Assembly: GCA_022646525.1 (NCBI GenBank)
Contig: CP060261.1
Span: 583,646-647,645 of the forward strand
Reading direction: 5' to 3'
Source: Holosporaceae bacterium
Lineage (GTDB): Bacteria > Pseudomonadota > Alphaproteobacteria > UBA7879 > UBA5542
Length of the DNA stretch: 64,000 nt
Positions 35,688-46,598 of the stretch are shown here, one piece after another. Under the pieces are notes generated by a model. That model was given only the letters and a program-made list of their open reading frames with translations. It ran no database searches and was not told the DNA's origin. The position numbers and the translations under genes were made by a program. Numbering within the stretch: the first letter of the stretch is position 1; every line of letters begins with the position of its first letter.

Positions 35688-36309
35688 ATGCTGATTACCG
35701 TTGATGGCCCTGCCGGTGTAGGGAAGGGCACCATTGCCCAAATGTTGGCGGCACATTATAGGTTTGTTTATCTGGATACTGGGCTTTTTGTTTCGTCGGA
35801 TGGCGTATTTTTTAATTGAAAACAAAGTGCCTGTTGATGTGCCTGAGCACGTGCAAAAGTGCCTGAAAGATTTTGATTTAAGTGAAACGGTGGCAGAAAA
35901 CCGCCTGCGACAAGATGATGTTTCTCAGGCTGCTTCCCAAATATCGATTTATGATTTTGTACGGGCCTCCCAGCTGGAGGCCCAGAAAGCTTTTTTGGCT
36001 GCTCACGGTGACGTGGTGATGGATGGCCGTGATTTGGGGGCATATGCCTTTCCGGGTGCTGATAAAAAACTGTTTCTTGAAGCGCGGCCTGAAGTGCGCG
36101 CCAAACGCCGAATTCATGACCTTGAAAAACGTGGGCTGGAAGGCGATTATGATGAGATTTTAAAAAGCATTATAAACCGAGATCAGCGTGACCGCACACG
36201 CACCCATGCCCCTTTGAAAGCAGCGCCAGACGCCCTTATTATTGATACCTCTGATTTGACCATTGAGGCTGTTTTTCAAAAAGCCCGCGCATTTGTTGAA
36301 ACCAAATAG
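35688..36309 (+). pseudogene. cmk: cytidylate kinase, one frameshift near 35780
   Basis: ATG 35688 gives MLITVDGPAGVGKGTIAQMLAAHY (P-loop). ORF 35734-36309 continues with MDGRDLG...INRDQRDRTRTHAPL. Confidence 0.85.
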
Positions 36310-36402
36310 AAAATAAACTATAGTGCAACTGACGTTTTTTCTAGGCGTAAGCTGTTTAAATGGGGAAGGCGTCTTATTTTATGAAAGTATAGGTATTTAC
36401 TT

Positions 36403-38172
36403 ATGACAGAAAACTTAACAAAAGAAAATTTTGCAGACTTGTTAGAAGAGTCTCTAAAGGAACGTGGCCCCGTCACTGACACCGTTGTGAAAGGCACAAT
36501 TGTGGCAGCAGACAAGGATTTTTTCACCGTTGATGTGGGATTGAAATCAGAAGGCCGGATTCCAGCACGTGAATTTGGTGCGACAAAAGGTGCTGACTTG
36601 AAGGTTGGCGACGTTATTGACGTATACGTTGATCGCATGGAAAACCGTGATGGCGAAATTGTATTGAGCCGTGAAAAAGCACGCCGTGAAGCTGCGTGGG
36701 AAGAATTAGAAGTGTTGCACAAGAAGGGTGAGCGCGTCACTGGTGTGATTGTAAGCCGGGTTAAAGGTGGGTTCACCGTTGACCTTTCTGGCGCTACGGC
36801 CTTTTTGCCTGGCAGCCAAATTGATGTGCGTCCAATTAAGGAAACAGCATCATTGATGAACATCGAGCAACCGTTCGTTATTTTGAAAATGGACCGTATG
36901 CGTGGCAACATTGTTGTTTCTCGTCGTGCCATTCTTGAAGAATCTATGGTGGAAGCCCGTAAAGAAATTATGGCGAACATCCAAGAAGGCAGCGTTCTTG
37001 AAGGAACAATTAAGAACATCACTGACTATGGTGCCTTCGTTGACTTGGGCGGCATTGATGGTCTTTTGCACGTGACAGATATTTCATGGGCCCGTGTGAA
37101 CCACCCTTCTGATGCATTTCAGGTGGGCGATGTGATCAATGTAAAGGTTATTAAAATTAACGAAAATAACCGTATTTCTTTGGGTATGAAGCAGTTGCTT
37201 GATGATCCTTGGAAAGAGATTGGATCATCAATCGTTATGGGCAGTGAAATTGAAGGTACTGTTTCAAACATTGCTGATTACGGCGCATTCGTCACCTTGA
37301 AAGATGGCATTGAAGGCTTGATTTACAACACAGAATTAAGCTGGACCAAGAAAAATGTTCACCCCAACAAAGTATTGAATGTGGGGGACAAGGTTAAGGT
37401 TAAGGTGCTTGAGGTTGATACAGAAAAAAGACGTATTAGCCTGAGTTTGAAGCAATGTGGGGAAAACCCATGGCAACAATTCGCGGCACAACATCCTGCT
37501 GGCACCGTTGTTGAAGGTGAAGTGAAGAACTTTACTGAATTCGGCCTATTCGTTGGATTGGACGGCGGCATTGACGGTATGGTTCATATCTCTGACTTCT
37601 CTTGGGAGAAATCAGGTGAAGAGGCCGCATCTCAATTCCAAAAAGGTGAAAAGATCCAAGTAAAAGTTTTGGAAATTGACGCTGAGAAAGAACGCATTAG
37701 CCTTGGTATTAAGCAGCTTTCAAGTGATCCATTTGATGGCGCACAAGGCTTTAAAGAAGGTGACGTTGTGACCTGTGTTGTGGATGCTGTTTCTGATCGT
37801 GGACTTGATGTGTCTATTGCAGACAAAGATATGAAAAGCTTCATTCGTAAGTCTGATTTGGCACGTGACCGCGCTGAGCAACGCCCAGAGCGCTTTGCTG
37901 TTGGAGAACGTATTGATGCCCAGGTAACCGGCATTGATATGAAGTCTCGTAAAGTTATGCTTTCAATCAAGGCACGCGAAGTGGCCGAAGAAAGACAAGC
38001 AATGGCTGAGTACGGTTCTTCTGATAGTGGTGCGTCTCTTGGAGATATTCTTGGTGCTGCAATCGACCTTGATAAAATCAAGAAGGCCGATACTACATCT
38101 GCAGAAAAACCAGAAGCAAAAAAGAAAACAACAACTAAAAAGGAAGTATCTGCAACTGAAGACGCTCCCTAA
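36403..38172 (+). CDS. rpsA: 30S ribosomal protein S1
   Basis: Intact 589 aa ORF with six S1 repeats (e.g. GTIKNITDYGAFVDLGGIDGLLHVTDISW). cmk-rpsA order is conserved. Confidence 0.97.
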   Translation: MTENLTKENFADLLEESLKERGPVTDTVVKGTIVAADKDFFTVDVGLKSEGRIPAREFGATKGADLKVGDVIDVYVDRMENRDGEIVLSREKARREAAWEELEVLHKKGERVTGVIVSRVKGGFTVDLSGATAFLPGSQIDVRPIKETASLMNIEQPFVILKMDRMRGNIVVSRRAILEESMVEARKEIMANIQEGSVLEGTIKNITDYGAFVDLGGIDGLLHVTDISWARVNHPSDAFQVGDVINVKVIKINENNRISLGMKQLLDDPWKEIGSSIVMGSEIEGTVSNIADYGAFVTLKDGIEGLIYNTELSWTKKNVHPNKVLNVGDKVKVKVLEVDTEKRRISLSLKQCGENPWQQFAAQHPAGTVVEGEVKNFTEFGLFVGLDGGIDGMVHISDFSWEKSGEEAASQFQKGEKIQVKVLEIDAEKERISLGIKQLSSDPFDGAQGFKEGDVVTCVVDAVSDRGLDVSIADKDMKSFIRKSDLARDRAEQRPERFAVGERIDAQVTGIDMKSRKVMLSIKAREVAEERQAMAEYGSSDSGASLGDILGAAIDLDKIKKADTTSAEKPEAKKKTTTKKEVSATEDAP

Positions 38173-38241
38173 GAAAAAAAGCAACAAAGAAAAAAGAATC
38201 TGAAGAAAAATTAATCGTTCTTCTTTAATTTTTTCTATTTT

Positions 38242-39515
38242 TTGGGAGGATATTATATTCCCCTTCTTTTTATTGACAATTTCAATTTTTTTGGTACAAC
38301 ACGAACAATAAAAGTAATTCTATTTCCCCTGTTTCATCTTACAAAAAATTTCTATTCCCTTATACATTGGTGTTCTATGAGGTGGTTATTTACCTGTCGA
38401 ACGATATGTATTTGCCCAGTTTACCCCATTGCGCAAGAGCTGGGGCATCACAAGATGTGACGCAATATACGCTGAGTCTATGGTTTCTGGGGACATGTGT
38501 TTTCAACTATTTTTAATCCCTATTTCTGAGTGCCATGGGAAGCGTAACGTTATTTTAACGGGGTGTGTTTTGTTTGTTGCTAGCAGCAAGCATGATGTGT
38601 GCAATGGCCCCCACCATTGAAATGTTGTTGTTGGCCCGCTTTTTACAGGGATCGGTGGTGAGTACGGTGACGGTTGTTGGGTATGCCGCTGTGCATGAAC
38701 TGTACACTAGAAAAAAAACTGTAAAACTGTTGTCGATTATGGCATCTGTGATTTTGATTGCCCCTGCATCGGGCCCCATCGTCGGGTCGTGGGTGTTAGA
38801 GTTCTTTTCTTGGCGCGTTATCTTTTACTTAATTAGCGCTTTGGGTGTGCTTGGGGCACTTGGTATTTACCTCTTTATGCCAAACGATGGTGTGCGTCAG
38901 CAGATTTCTTTTCAAGCTGTGATTCAAGACTATAAAGCCCCAATTAAAAATGGGCGCTTTATGCGGTATGGGATTGGGTTATCTATTTTGATCAGCACAT
39001 TTTTTGTGTGGATTGTTGAATCGCCTTTTGTGATTGTATCGGGCTTAAAGCACGCCCCCAGTGTTTTTGGATGGGCACAGTTATTTGTGTTTGGATCAGG
39101 CATTGGAAGTCAGGTCGCAAAATTTTTGGTAGATCGTTTGCATGTTTCGGGATTGATTCGATTAGCTGTTACGATCATTGCTTTGGGGTTCATTTGCTTT
39201 ATAGGAACAAGTTATTTTACAAACAATCTTTTACTAAATGTTGGGTCTATGATGCTGATTGGCATCGGAGCTTCTCAGACATTTGGGGGCTTGAATCGCC
39301 TTGCGGTTGAATCTTCAAATGTAACTATGGTAAGTCGAACAGCCCTTATTTCGTTAATGACTTCATTAACGGGCACAATTGCCAGTTTCATCATGACTCT
39401 TTTTAACAACCAAACATTCTTTAACATGGCCTTGGTGATTGCCGGGTTTTTATGTGTGGGTTTGTGTTTAATTATTTCTGGTACCAAAACCATGGCATTT
39501 CGAGATGAAAATTAG
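38242..39515 (+). pseudogene. MFS transporter, Bcr/CflA drug-resistance subfamily, N-terminal region frameshifted (start approximate)
   Basis: Shifted frames give YEVVIYLSNDMYLPSLP..., LSLWFLG and GKRNVILTG. ORF 38565-39515 is the intact remainder (LLLARFLQG...). Confidence 0.75.
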
Positions 39516-39542
39516 ATTTTAAACGTATATACGCAGCTGATG

Positions 39543-39567
39543 AGCCCCCTTAAAGGGGGCTTTTTTT
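39543..39567 (+). terminator. rho-independent terminator after the MFS gene
   Basis: Stem AGCCCCC/GGGGGCT, 5-nt loop, then a T7 run. Confidence 0.7.
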
Positions 39568-39581
39568 ATGGGGGGACATTA

Positions 39582-40772
39582 ATGAATATTCCATCGTTTT
39601 TGAAACGAAACAAAAAACAGAAAGGACGGTTGTGGGCCTACGGTAACCGGGCATCAAAAACAAACCATGACTATGGGCTGATGGCAGCAGAAGGGTATGA
39701 GAAAAATGTTATTGTCTACCGATGCATTAACTTGATTGCCAAAAACCTGGCCCTGCCGCCGTGGGTTTTGTATGAAGGGGGGCACGCACTGTCGCACCAT
39801 TTTTTGCTGACGCTGATTGCCCAGCCGAACCCCCTTCAAACGCGCTATGCCTTTTTAGAAGAGTTAGCAAGCTATTTGCTGATTGATGGGAACGCTTTTG
39901 TTGAGGCCGTTTATCAAAATGATGCATTAAGCGCCTTAAAGGTGCATCGCCCTGACCGGGTGCATGTCATGAAAGACAAAGAAGGCCAAGTGCAAGGGTA
40001 TCAGGTGTCGGGTGATGATGGGGAGAAGCGCGTTTTAGCGATTGATCAAGAAACAGGTTTCTCGCCGATGCTTCATCTAAAACTCTTTTCACCATCGAAT
40101 GCCCATTACGGCATGAGCCCCATACAAGTGGCATCAAGTGCCATTGATCAGCACAATGCGGTGGGCTTGCATAACTTATCATTATTGAAAAATGGTGGGC
40201 GGCCCAGTGGGGCGCTGATGATGCCCGGAAGCACCACATCGTTTTCAGATAATAGCCGGCAAGAATTAAAAAAAAACCTGCAGTATTTTTATCAAGGAGA
40301 AGAAAACGCGGGAAAGGTGCTGGTTTTAGAAGGGGGGATGGAGTGGAAAGATATTGGCATGTCACCCAAAGATTTAGACTTTGTGTCGGGCAAGCATTTA
40401 TCGATGCGTGAAATTGCCCAAGCGTTTGGGGTGCCTTCTATGTTGGTGGGGGTGCCGGGGGACAGTACTTTTTCAAACTATCGAGAGGCCCGATTCCATT
40501 TATGGGAGGATACGGTGCTGCCACTCCTCCATATGATTCTTGAAAAAATGAATGGGTGGTTGGTGATGTTGTATGGGCCCACTTTGCGCTTTTCCTATGA
40601 TGCGGATCAAATTCCGGCGCTGACATGCCGACGCGAACGGTTGTGGCAGCAGATAGAGCATGCTTCATTTTTAACCATTAATGAAAAACGTGCTGCCTTG
40701 GGGTATTCCCCCTTAAAAGGTGGTGACGGACTGGAAGGAGGACAGAGAGATGACACAAAAAATACACCATAA
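39582..40772 (+). CDS. phage portal protein, HK97 family
   Basis: Intact ORF from MNIPSFLKRN. YRCINLIAKNLALPPW...LIDGNAFVE...FGVPSMLVGVPGDSTFSNYREARFHLWEDTV is typical of HK97/GTA portals. Confidence 0.9.
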   Translation: MNIPSFLKRNKKQKGRLWAYGNRASKTNHDYGLMAAEGYEKNVIVYRCINLIAKNLALPPWVLYEGGHALSHHFLLTLIAQPNPLQTRYAFLEELASYLLIDGNAFVEAVYQNDALSALKVHRPDRVHVMKDKEGQVQGYQVSGDDGEKRVLAIDQETGFSPMLHLKLFSPSNAHYGMSPIQVASSAIDQHNAVGLHNLSLLKNGGRPSGALMMPGSTTSFSDNSRQELKKNLQYFYQGEENAGKVLVLEGGMEWKDIGMSPKDLDFVSGKHLSMREIAQAFGVPSMLVGVPGDSTFSNYREARFHLWEDTVLPLLHMILEKMNGWLVMLYGPTLRFSYDADQIPALTCRRERLWQQIEHASFLTINEKRAALGYSPLKGGDGLEGGQRDDTKNTP

Positions 40773-41265
40773 GATGACGTTAAAATCCCATTCAAAAAGT
40801 GGATGGTTTTCAGGATACGCCAGCGTGTTTAACGTGCAGGAATTGCACAATGACTGGGTAGAAAAAGGCGCCTTTGAAGCGGCCATTCGGGAAGGACCTA
40901 TGCCCAAGATGCTGTGGCAGCATGACCCTGCCCAGCCCATTGGACGCTGGGAAAAAATGGAAGAACACGACCACGGCCTTTATGTTGAAGGGCAGCTTTT
41001 TTTGGCCCTGGAGAAAGGGCGTGAAGCATTCTTGCTGATGAAAGAGGGCGTTCTAGATGGTTTGTCGATTGGTTATGAAGTGCGGCAATCCACTCCTTTA
41101 AAAGGAGGAAGCCTTTTATCAGACCTTGTGTTGCATGAAGTGTCGCTTGTGACATTTCCGGCAAACCCGGCAGCACGCATCACCGATATGAAACAAAGTG
41201 ATGCACCTTTAAAGCAGCGTTTGAATGCCTTGGCCGAGAAAATTGAATTACAGATAAACCAATAG
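40750..41265 (+). CDS. HK97-family prohead protease
   Basis: SGYASVFNV...MLWQHD...LDGLSIGY...LHEVSLVTFPANPAARI. Confidence 0.88.
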   Translation: MTQKIHHKMTLKSHSKSGWFSGYASVFNVQELHNDWVEKGAFEAAIREGPMPKMLWQHDPAQPIGRWEKMEEHDHGLYVEGQLFLALEKGREAFLLMKEGVLDGLSIGYEVRQSTPLKGGSLLSDLVLHEVSLVTFPANPAARITDMKQSDAPLKQRLNALAEKIELQINQ

Positions 41266-41279
41266 AAAAGAGAGGCAAA

Positions 41280-42389
41280 ATGACAACTGAGACACTAAAA
41301 ACAGAACTAACACGTTTGGAAAAAGGGTTTGAATCTTTCCAAGAGAATCACGCCACACGGCTTTCAATGTTGGAAAAAAAGATGGGGGCCCGACCGGCAT
41401 CGGTGATGTTGGAAGATGGGGGGACAGTGGCCACGCGAGATACCCCTACAGCGCGCAAAGCATTCGCCAACTTTCTGCGGGGGGCAGGGGCGGTAAAATC
41501 ATTAACAGCGGGCGATGCCCCTGGATCTTACTTGTTGCCCTCTGTGGTGCAAGAGCGCATTGAGCGTGCCCTTGACGCATCGGAAACCTTCCGCCAAATT
41601 GCCCGGCATATGACCATTTCAAGTGGCAGTGTGGAAGTGATTATTGATCGTGATTTACCTAGTGTGGGATGGACATCGGAAGTAGTCGAGCGCACCGAAA
41701 CAGACCCTGGCCAGTTGGCACGCATTAAAATTGATTTACATGAGCTGTATGCCAAACCAAAAATAACCCAAAAGATTTTAGATGACGCTGCCATTAATGT
41801 GGAAGATTGGATTGTTGATAAAGTTTCCCAAAAGATGAAACAAATTGAAGAACAGGCCTTTATTGTAGGCGATGGTGACGGAAAGCCACGTGGGTTTTTA
41901 ACCTATGAGACAGGAGAGACATCAAGATTCGGACGCTTGCAGCATATTAAAACAGGCGAAGATGGGGGCTTTGGAGAGCAGGGTACGGATGCTTTGTTCA
42001 ACTTAGTGGATAGCTTAAAACAGAATACTTAAGCCAGGCTGTATGGATGATGTCGCGTTCAGCGTTGAGTGCCATTCGACAGTTGAAAGACCCGGCAACA
42101 GGCCAATATTTGTGGCAACCGAGTTTATCGGATCACGCGCCTTCAACGTTGATGGGATACCCAGTGTATGTATCGGATGCGATGCCTACCCTGAAAAAAG
42201 GCACGGCAAGTGCGTCGGTTGCATTTAGCCATTTTGGGGAGGGATATCAGATTGTTGAGCGCCCACAAATTAGCATGCTGAGAGACCCATATTCTTCAAA
42301 ACCTTTGTTTGAATTTTTATGTGTCAAAACGTGTGGGCGGTGACGTGATTAACTTTGATGCCATCAAAGTTTTGAAATGTGAAGCGTAG
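41280..42389 (+). pseudogene. HK97-family major capsid protein, 2 frameshifts
   Basis: ORF 41280-42032 has an N-terminal coiled coil, then SYLLPSVV and AKPKITQKILDDA. ORF 42047-42343 has LMGYPVYVSDAMP. The C-terminus YVSKRVGGDVINFDAIKVLK is reached after a T-run shift. Stop at 42387-42389. Confidence 0.9.
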
Positions 42390-42404
42390 AAAAAACAACC
42401 CTTT

Positions 42405-42437
42405 AAAGCCCCCAAATTGGGGGCTTTATATTTCTTT
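42405..42437 (+). terminator. rho-independent terminator after the capsid gene
   Basis: Stem AAAGCCCCC/GGGGGCTTT, loop AAATT, then a T-rich tail. Confidence 0.75.
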
Positions 42438-42508
42438 ATGTATTTAATAAAAAATAATATACTCTTTAATTATAAAAAAGACAAATACACGATATTAGGG
42501 AGAGTAAT

Positions 42509-44246
42509 AATGAAAAAAAATAATCTTGAGTTGTTTCCTTTTTTTTCTTGTTTTTTTTTGTTCATGGGTGATGTCTGCAGAACATGAAGAAAAAGACAAG
42601 CCGGAGATAGGGCCGCACGCCTTCAGCCTGAAGAAGAAGGGGGTGGGCCGACGCGTAGTGGGGAGAAACATATTACAGGTGGGCTTCTAGATGATGATGC
42701 GGCCGCTGCAAAGGGCCGTCGCCAACGATTAAAGTCTTTATCTATGATCGACGCACAGAATCCATTTACCTTTGAAGGGATGCATATGCTGATGTGCTTG
42801 TGATGCGTGGATCGCGCTTAGGCACTGGACAAAACATCAGCCAACAATTGGAAGGTGTGCGTGTTTTAAAAATGGTGGGTACTAATGTTCGAGACGATGT
42901 TATCCCTGTAACTAACGCCATAGCGGACGCAAAAGTTTAGAATGTATTGAAATTAGTGAATCTGTAACAGACAACACGTTTCTCTTTTTTCTTAGGGTTA
43001 GTTATCAATAGAAATGGAAATATTAAAACGATTATAGTTGATAATAATAGTATAGGGTGGGGGGAAATATTGGATTGAAAGCTTTTTATTAGGAATCTAT
43101 GACAAGAAAGACTTACAACACTTTTCATTTCGGCATATGGATATTTATAGACGGCAGGTGCCCTTTGATGAGCAATACGTTCTTAGGAAAGCAGGCTATC
43201 CTTCTTTTTGTAGAGGATAAGATTGTTACAGATGTCTCAGGAGAAAAAAGAACACGAAATTAAGTTCTACAATAAACTCGTTATCAGATGGCTTGCCGAG
43301 GACTTTTAGGTGCGCACCCAAATCTAAAAACATTTGATATAACAGGAAGCTTTTCTTGCCCTACGAATGAAGCGCATAAGCGTGCTGTAGATAAGATACG
43401 TGCAGCAAAACCCATGATGAGCTTCGTGCTATTTTAGCAGCAGTATCATCAGAGCTTAAACTGGATACTTTTGAGGATAAGGGCGACAGACAGTTAGAAA
43501 AACTTAAGGGAGGTGCGATTGAATTGCTGGCTCAAGCACATATGCAAGATCGGGAGCACTTATTTGCCATTTTGGACGGTGTTGCAACATTGAAAAACCT
43601 TCAAGTGTTAGGATTGGGGCATATCATCTTTGATGAATTTGCTATTCGTAAGCTTGCCCATGTACTTGCTGGATTACGTCAACAACAGTCGCGTGATGGG
43701 AAAACAGCCAGCGGAAATGACTTAAAAGTATTGCACTTGCCTGGTGTTATGAAGGGTTCCCAAAATTTGAGCGACCTTGCCAGGGTTTTTTCAGGGTGGG
43801 TGGATTTGGAAGAAGTCAACTTGGCCCACAATAAAATAGGGAGCAAGGGACTTCACTTCTTTGGCGAATTATTAAATGAAGTAAGGGCCCTTCGCGTGTT
43901 GAATGTAGCAGATAATGATTTGTTTGCTGGATCTGGGGGCGTAACGCGCGGCATTGATGCCCTGAGTGCAGGTATCCTAAGTCGTAAAGATACTTTGGAA
44001 GCATTGAATCTTGCCGGAAACAACATGCGGCATACAGACTTGAGTCACTTAGAAGATGCGTTGAAGGCGTGTCGATCTCTACGCGTGTTGGACTTGAGAG
44101 GAAACCAGCTTACAGAAAAAAGCTTTGATCTTTTGAAAGGGCTGTTAAAAGCCTTGCCTCAAATCGAACAAATATTGTTGTCAGGGAACAATGTTTCTAG
44201 GGCGGTTTATGAACAAAGATTAACGCTTTCACAAAAAAAAAAATAA
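42509..44246 (+). pseudogene. secreted RNI-type leucine-rich-repeat protein, N-terminal two thirds heavily frameshifted
   Basis: ATG 42509 gives a signal peptide (MKKNNLELFPFFSCFFLF) and is followed by T8/T9 runs. Broken LRR units follow (IKTIIVDNNSIG). Intact ORF 43524-44246 has repeats such as LEEVNLAHNKIGSKG, LRVLNVADNDL, LEALNLAGNNM and LRVLDLRGNQL. Confidence 0.65.
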
Positions 44247-44306
44247 AGATGTAAATAAGGAAAAGAGTAGTAAGATCCTTTTTGTGTAAAATTGATAGTA
44301 TTTAAC

Positions 44307-44343
44307 TGGTTCCATCTATACGATATCTTTGGAACCATTTTTT
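44307..44343 (+). terminator. possible terminator after the LRR gene
   Basis: 7-bp stem TGGTTCC/GGAACCA with a long 17-nt loop, then a T6 run. Confidence 0.4.
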
Positions 44344-44369
44344 AATTTTAAAAAAAATGTACGAGGTGT

Positions 44370-44669
44370 ATGATGAAGTTCATAAGAAAAATAAAATGTT
44401 GTTTTGCAGTATTTATAATGCTGCTTTTAAACGTATTAAATCTGCAAGCTAGCTTGGGTGAAGATTCTTCAAAAGAAGGGCATATGAAGGGTTTGCCTGA
44501 TATGCGTAGAGAGACAGGCGATGCACCACTTCCTTTTCCTCCAGAAAAACCGGTGACGGCGCCCCCTCGACAACAAGGCTCAGACAAAAATATCAAGACC
44601 GAGACAAGTAATCTATATAGAAATAGTAAAAGTGTTGTTGAGGCTTGGGTAGATACGATGGAATTGTAG
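44370..44669 (+). CDS. small secreted hypothetical protein (99 aa)
   Basis: Intact ORF with a signal peptide (KIKCCFAVFIMLLLNVLNLQA) and a Pro-rich middle. Confidence 0.45.
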   Translation: MMKFIRKIKCCFAVFIMLLLNVLNLQASLGEDSSKEGHMKGLPDMRRETGDAPLPFPPEKPVTAPPRQQGSDKNIKTETSNLYRNSKSVVEAWVDTMEL

Positions 44670-44706
44670 AACCTTAATTTTATATTAAACAATGGGGGGA
44701 TAAAAG

Positions 44707-44997
44707 ATGATTATAAAAACTGTATTCGCATGTTTGTGTATTACGGCTGCGTCTGAGGCGGGGGACGGATTCTTTTTGCCGGAAGATGAAGTGGGTATAC
44801 CAGTGCATCAGTTTAAGTGTCAAAAGTCGGCAAACCCATTGGCGCAACAGCCAGGGGAGACCCACAAGCAATGGTTGTCACGTGTGATGTTTGGTGGTGC
44901 TGATGAATGTCATGCAGTATTTCGTTCTCAACAAAGAGCAGTTCGGCGGGCAAGGGATAGCTACATACGCGCAGATGCTGGAAAGTATAGCAAATAA
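44707..44997 (+). CDS. small secreted hypothetical protein (96 aa)
   Basis: Intact ORF with the signal peptide MIIKTVFACLCITAASEA. Confidence 0.45.
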   Translation: MIIKTVFACLCITAASEAGDGFFLPEDEVGIPVHQFKCQKSANPLAQQPGETHKQWLSRVMFGGADECHAVFRSQQRAVRRARDSYIRADAGKYSK

Positions 44998-45064
44998 TGA
45001 TCGTGTAACGTAAAGGGATAGAATCACGTAACAGAGCTTTTAATTTTTTATAACAGATATATGA

Positions 45065-45113
45065 GCCGCCTTTGGGCGGCTTTTTTTTATGGGCCTTTGG
45101 GGCCCTTTTTTTT
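45065..45113 (+). terminator. two back-to-back rho-independent terminators
   Basis: GCCGCC-TTTG-GGCGGC followed by T8 (45065-45088). GGGCC-loop-GGCCC followed by T8 (45091-45113). Confidence 0.75.
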
Positions 45114-45143
45114 ATGATAACCCCCCCTAACAGTGGAGAAAAA

Positions 45144-45724
45144 ATGAAAACAACAATTTTAGAAAAACCAAAACAAATGCCTGTGGGGCTGACGGATGCC
45201 AAGCGGTATTTGAAGGTGACCCACACCCAAGAAGACGGTGTGATTGAGCGCCTGATTGAAACGGCCACTGAGATGGTTGAACAGTACACCCGGCGTAAAT
45301 TGATGCCCCAGGTGTTGAATAGCTTTATTCCGTTTGAGCCCAACCACAAGCGCCAAAAAGGATTGCAACGGGTGTGGGTGTGTGTTGACCGATATGTTTT
45401 CTTTTTGCCTTATGGCCCGGTGTCGGAAGTTGTGTCGTTGGAACGCATTGAAGAAGAAGGCACGCTGTCGCCCTTGGGACGCTATGACTTTCACGTGAAC
45501 ACGAAGACAGACCCGGCCATGGTGGTGATTGAGAAGCGCCGCGGTTTTGGGGTGCGTGCCGTGTATAAGGTGGGTATGCGGGCGCCATTCCAGCCCCATT
45601 GATTCAAGCCATTTTAACCATTGTAGGGCGCCTTTACAGCGACCGAACCCTGGATCAAGGGGATGTGTTGAAACATGTGTCTACCCTGTTGGCCCCCTAT
45701 GTGGTGGGCCGGGGCAAACTGTAG
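45144..45724 (+). pseudogene. phage gp6-like head-tail connector protein, one frameshift near 45590
   Basis: LTDAKRYLKVTHTQEDGVIERLIETATEMVEQYTRRKL. The shifted C-terminus is IQAILTIVGRLYSDR. Stop at 45722-45724. Confidence 0.75.
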
Positions 45725-45735
45725 GAGGACGCCTA

Positions 45736-46071
45736 ATGCATATTAACGAATTAACCGAATTATTAGATATAGAAACAGGTGCCGAAACCCCCGATGACCA
45801 AGGGGGGATGACCACCACATGGACAAAGGGCACGCCGATTTGGGCCCGTGTGACCCAGCGCCTGAAGCCCCGATCGGGGGCATGGGAAGGGGGGCAGGCA
45901 CACTATGAAGTGTCGTATGAGGTGTGGATGGACAGTGCGGTGCCGTTGCCCGAGCAGTTTCGTGTGCATTGGCAGGGGGATGTGTTTTATCCGTTGCATC
46001 GCCCTGTGTATCAGTCGGGCGGGCTTTGGAAAATGGTAACCATTGCCGTGCGTGATGGCCATGACGATTAA
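45736..46071 (+). CDS. phage head closure / head-tail adaptor protein (Phage_H_T_join-like)
   Basis: MHINELTELLDIETGAETPDDQGGMTTTWTKGTPIWARV...FRVHWQGDVFYPL. Confidence 0.75.
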   Translation: MHINELTELLDIETGAETPDDQGGMTTTWTKGTPIWARVTQRLKPRSGAWEGGQAHYEVSYEVWMDSAVPLPEQFRVHWQGDVFYPLHRPVYQSGGLWKMVTIAVRDGHDD

Positions 46072-46516
46072 CCCAAGGGGCCGTCAAGGGCACGGTTATC
46101 AGGGAAGCATTCACCAAGGGGATGTGTTGGAAGCCCTTTTTTTGCATTTGAAAAAAACGGTTGAAGACGTGCCATTTTTTCAGTGTGTGCCCTTTGACAG
46201 CAAGCCCCCTTATGGGGTGATGCAGGTGGCAAGCATGCACCCCGGCAATGGGTTGCCCTTTCCACATTTTTATACAGAAGGGGTGGTGACTTTGCAGGTG
46301 TGGAGTGCCTATCAAGGCGTGCGCCCCCTGACGGATATTATGCACCGTGTGTCTGACGTGTTAACCCAGACACCCCTTGCTTGTGGCCTTGGGGTGTTAA
46401 CGTTTCAAGCGGGGGCCCTTGAGGTACCCACCCAACTGATGACAGCCCAGAAAAAGTGGCGGGAAGGGAGGTTAACTTTGCCTTTTCATTTTCAGCATAA
46501 AAAGGAGGAAAAATGA
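46055..46516 (+). CDS. DUF3168-like tail-completion protein (RcGTA g8 position)
   Basis: PPYGVMQVAS...GVVTLQVWSAYQGVRPLTDIMHRVSDVL fits the DUF3168 pattern. Overlaps the preceding stop. Confidence 0.65.
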   Translation: MAMTINPRGRQGHGYQGSIHQGDVLEALFLHLKKTVEDVPFFQCVPFDSKPPYGVMQVASMHPGNGLPFPHFYTEGVVTLQVWSAYQGVRPLTDIMHRVSDVLTQTPLACGLGVLTFQAGALEVPTQLMTAQKKWREGRLTLPFHFQHKKEEK

Positions 46517-46598
46517 AAATAAATAAACCGAAACAAAAAATAAAATTCAGCACATTTTGGGGAAAAACCCCCTGGCTTTGTTGGTATAAAAAACCAAA

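Noticed and set aside
36318-37022. 234-codon minus-strand ORF opposite rpsA (also 37632-38081 and others)
   Set aside because: It lies entirely antisense to the intact, highly conserved S1 gene. The translation is low-complexity and Ser/Thr/Arg-rich with no start context, which makes it a typical shadow ORF.
45743-46345. 200-codon minus-strand ORF (and 45159-45599, 46492-46962) across the GTA connector, closure and DUF3168 genes
   Set aside because: These are antisense to plus-strand genes with clear phage family signatures. GC-rich DNA produces long stop-free antisense frames, and no SD or homology-like features are present.
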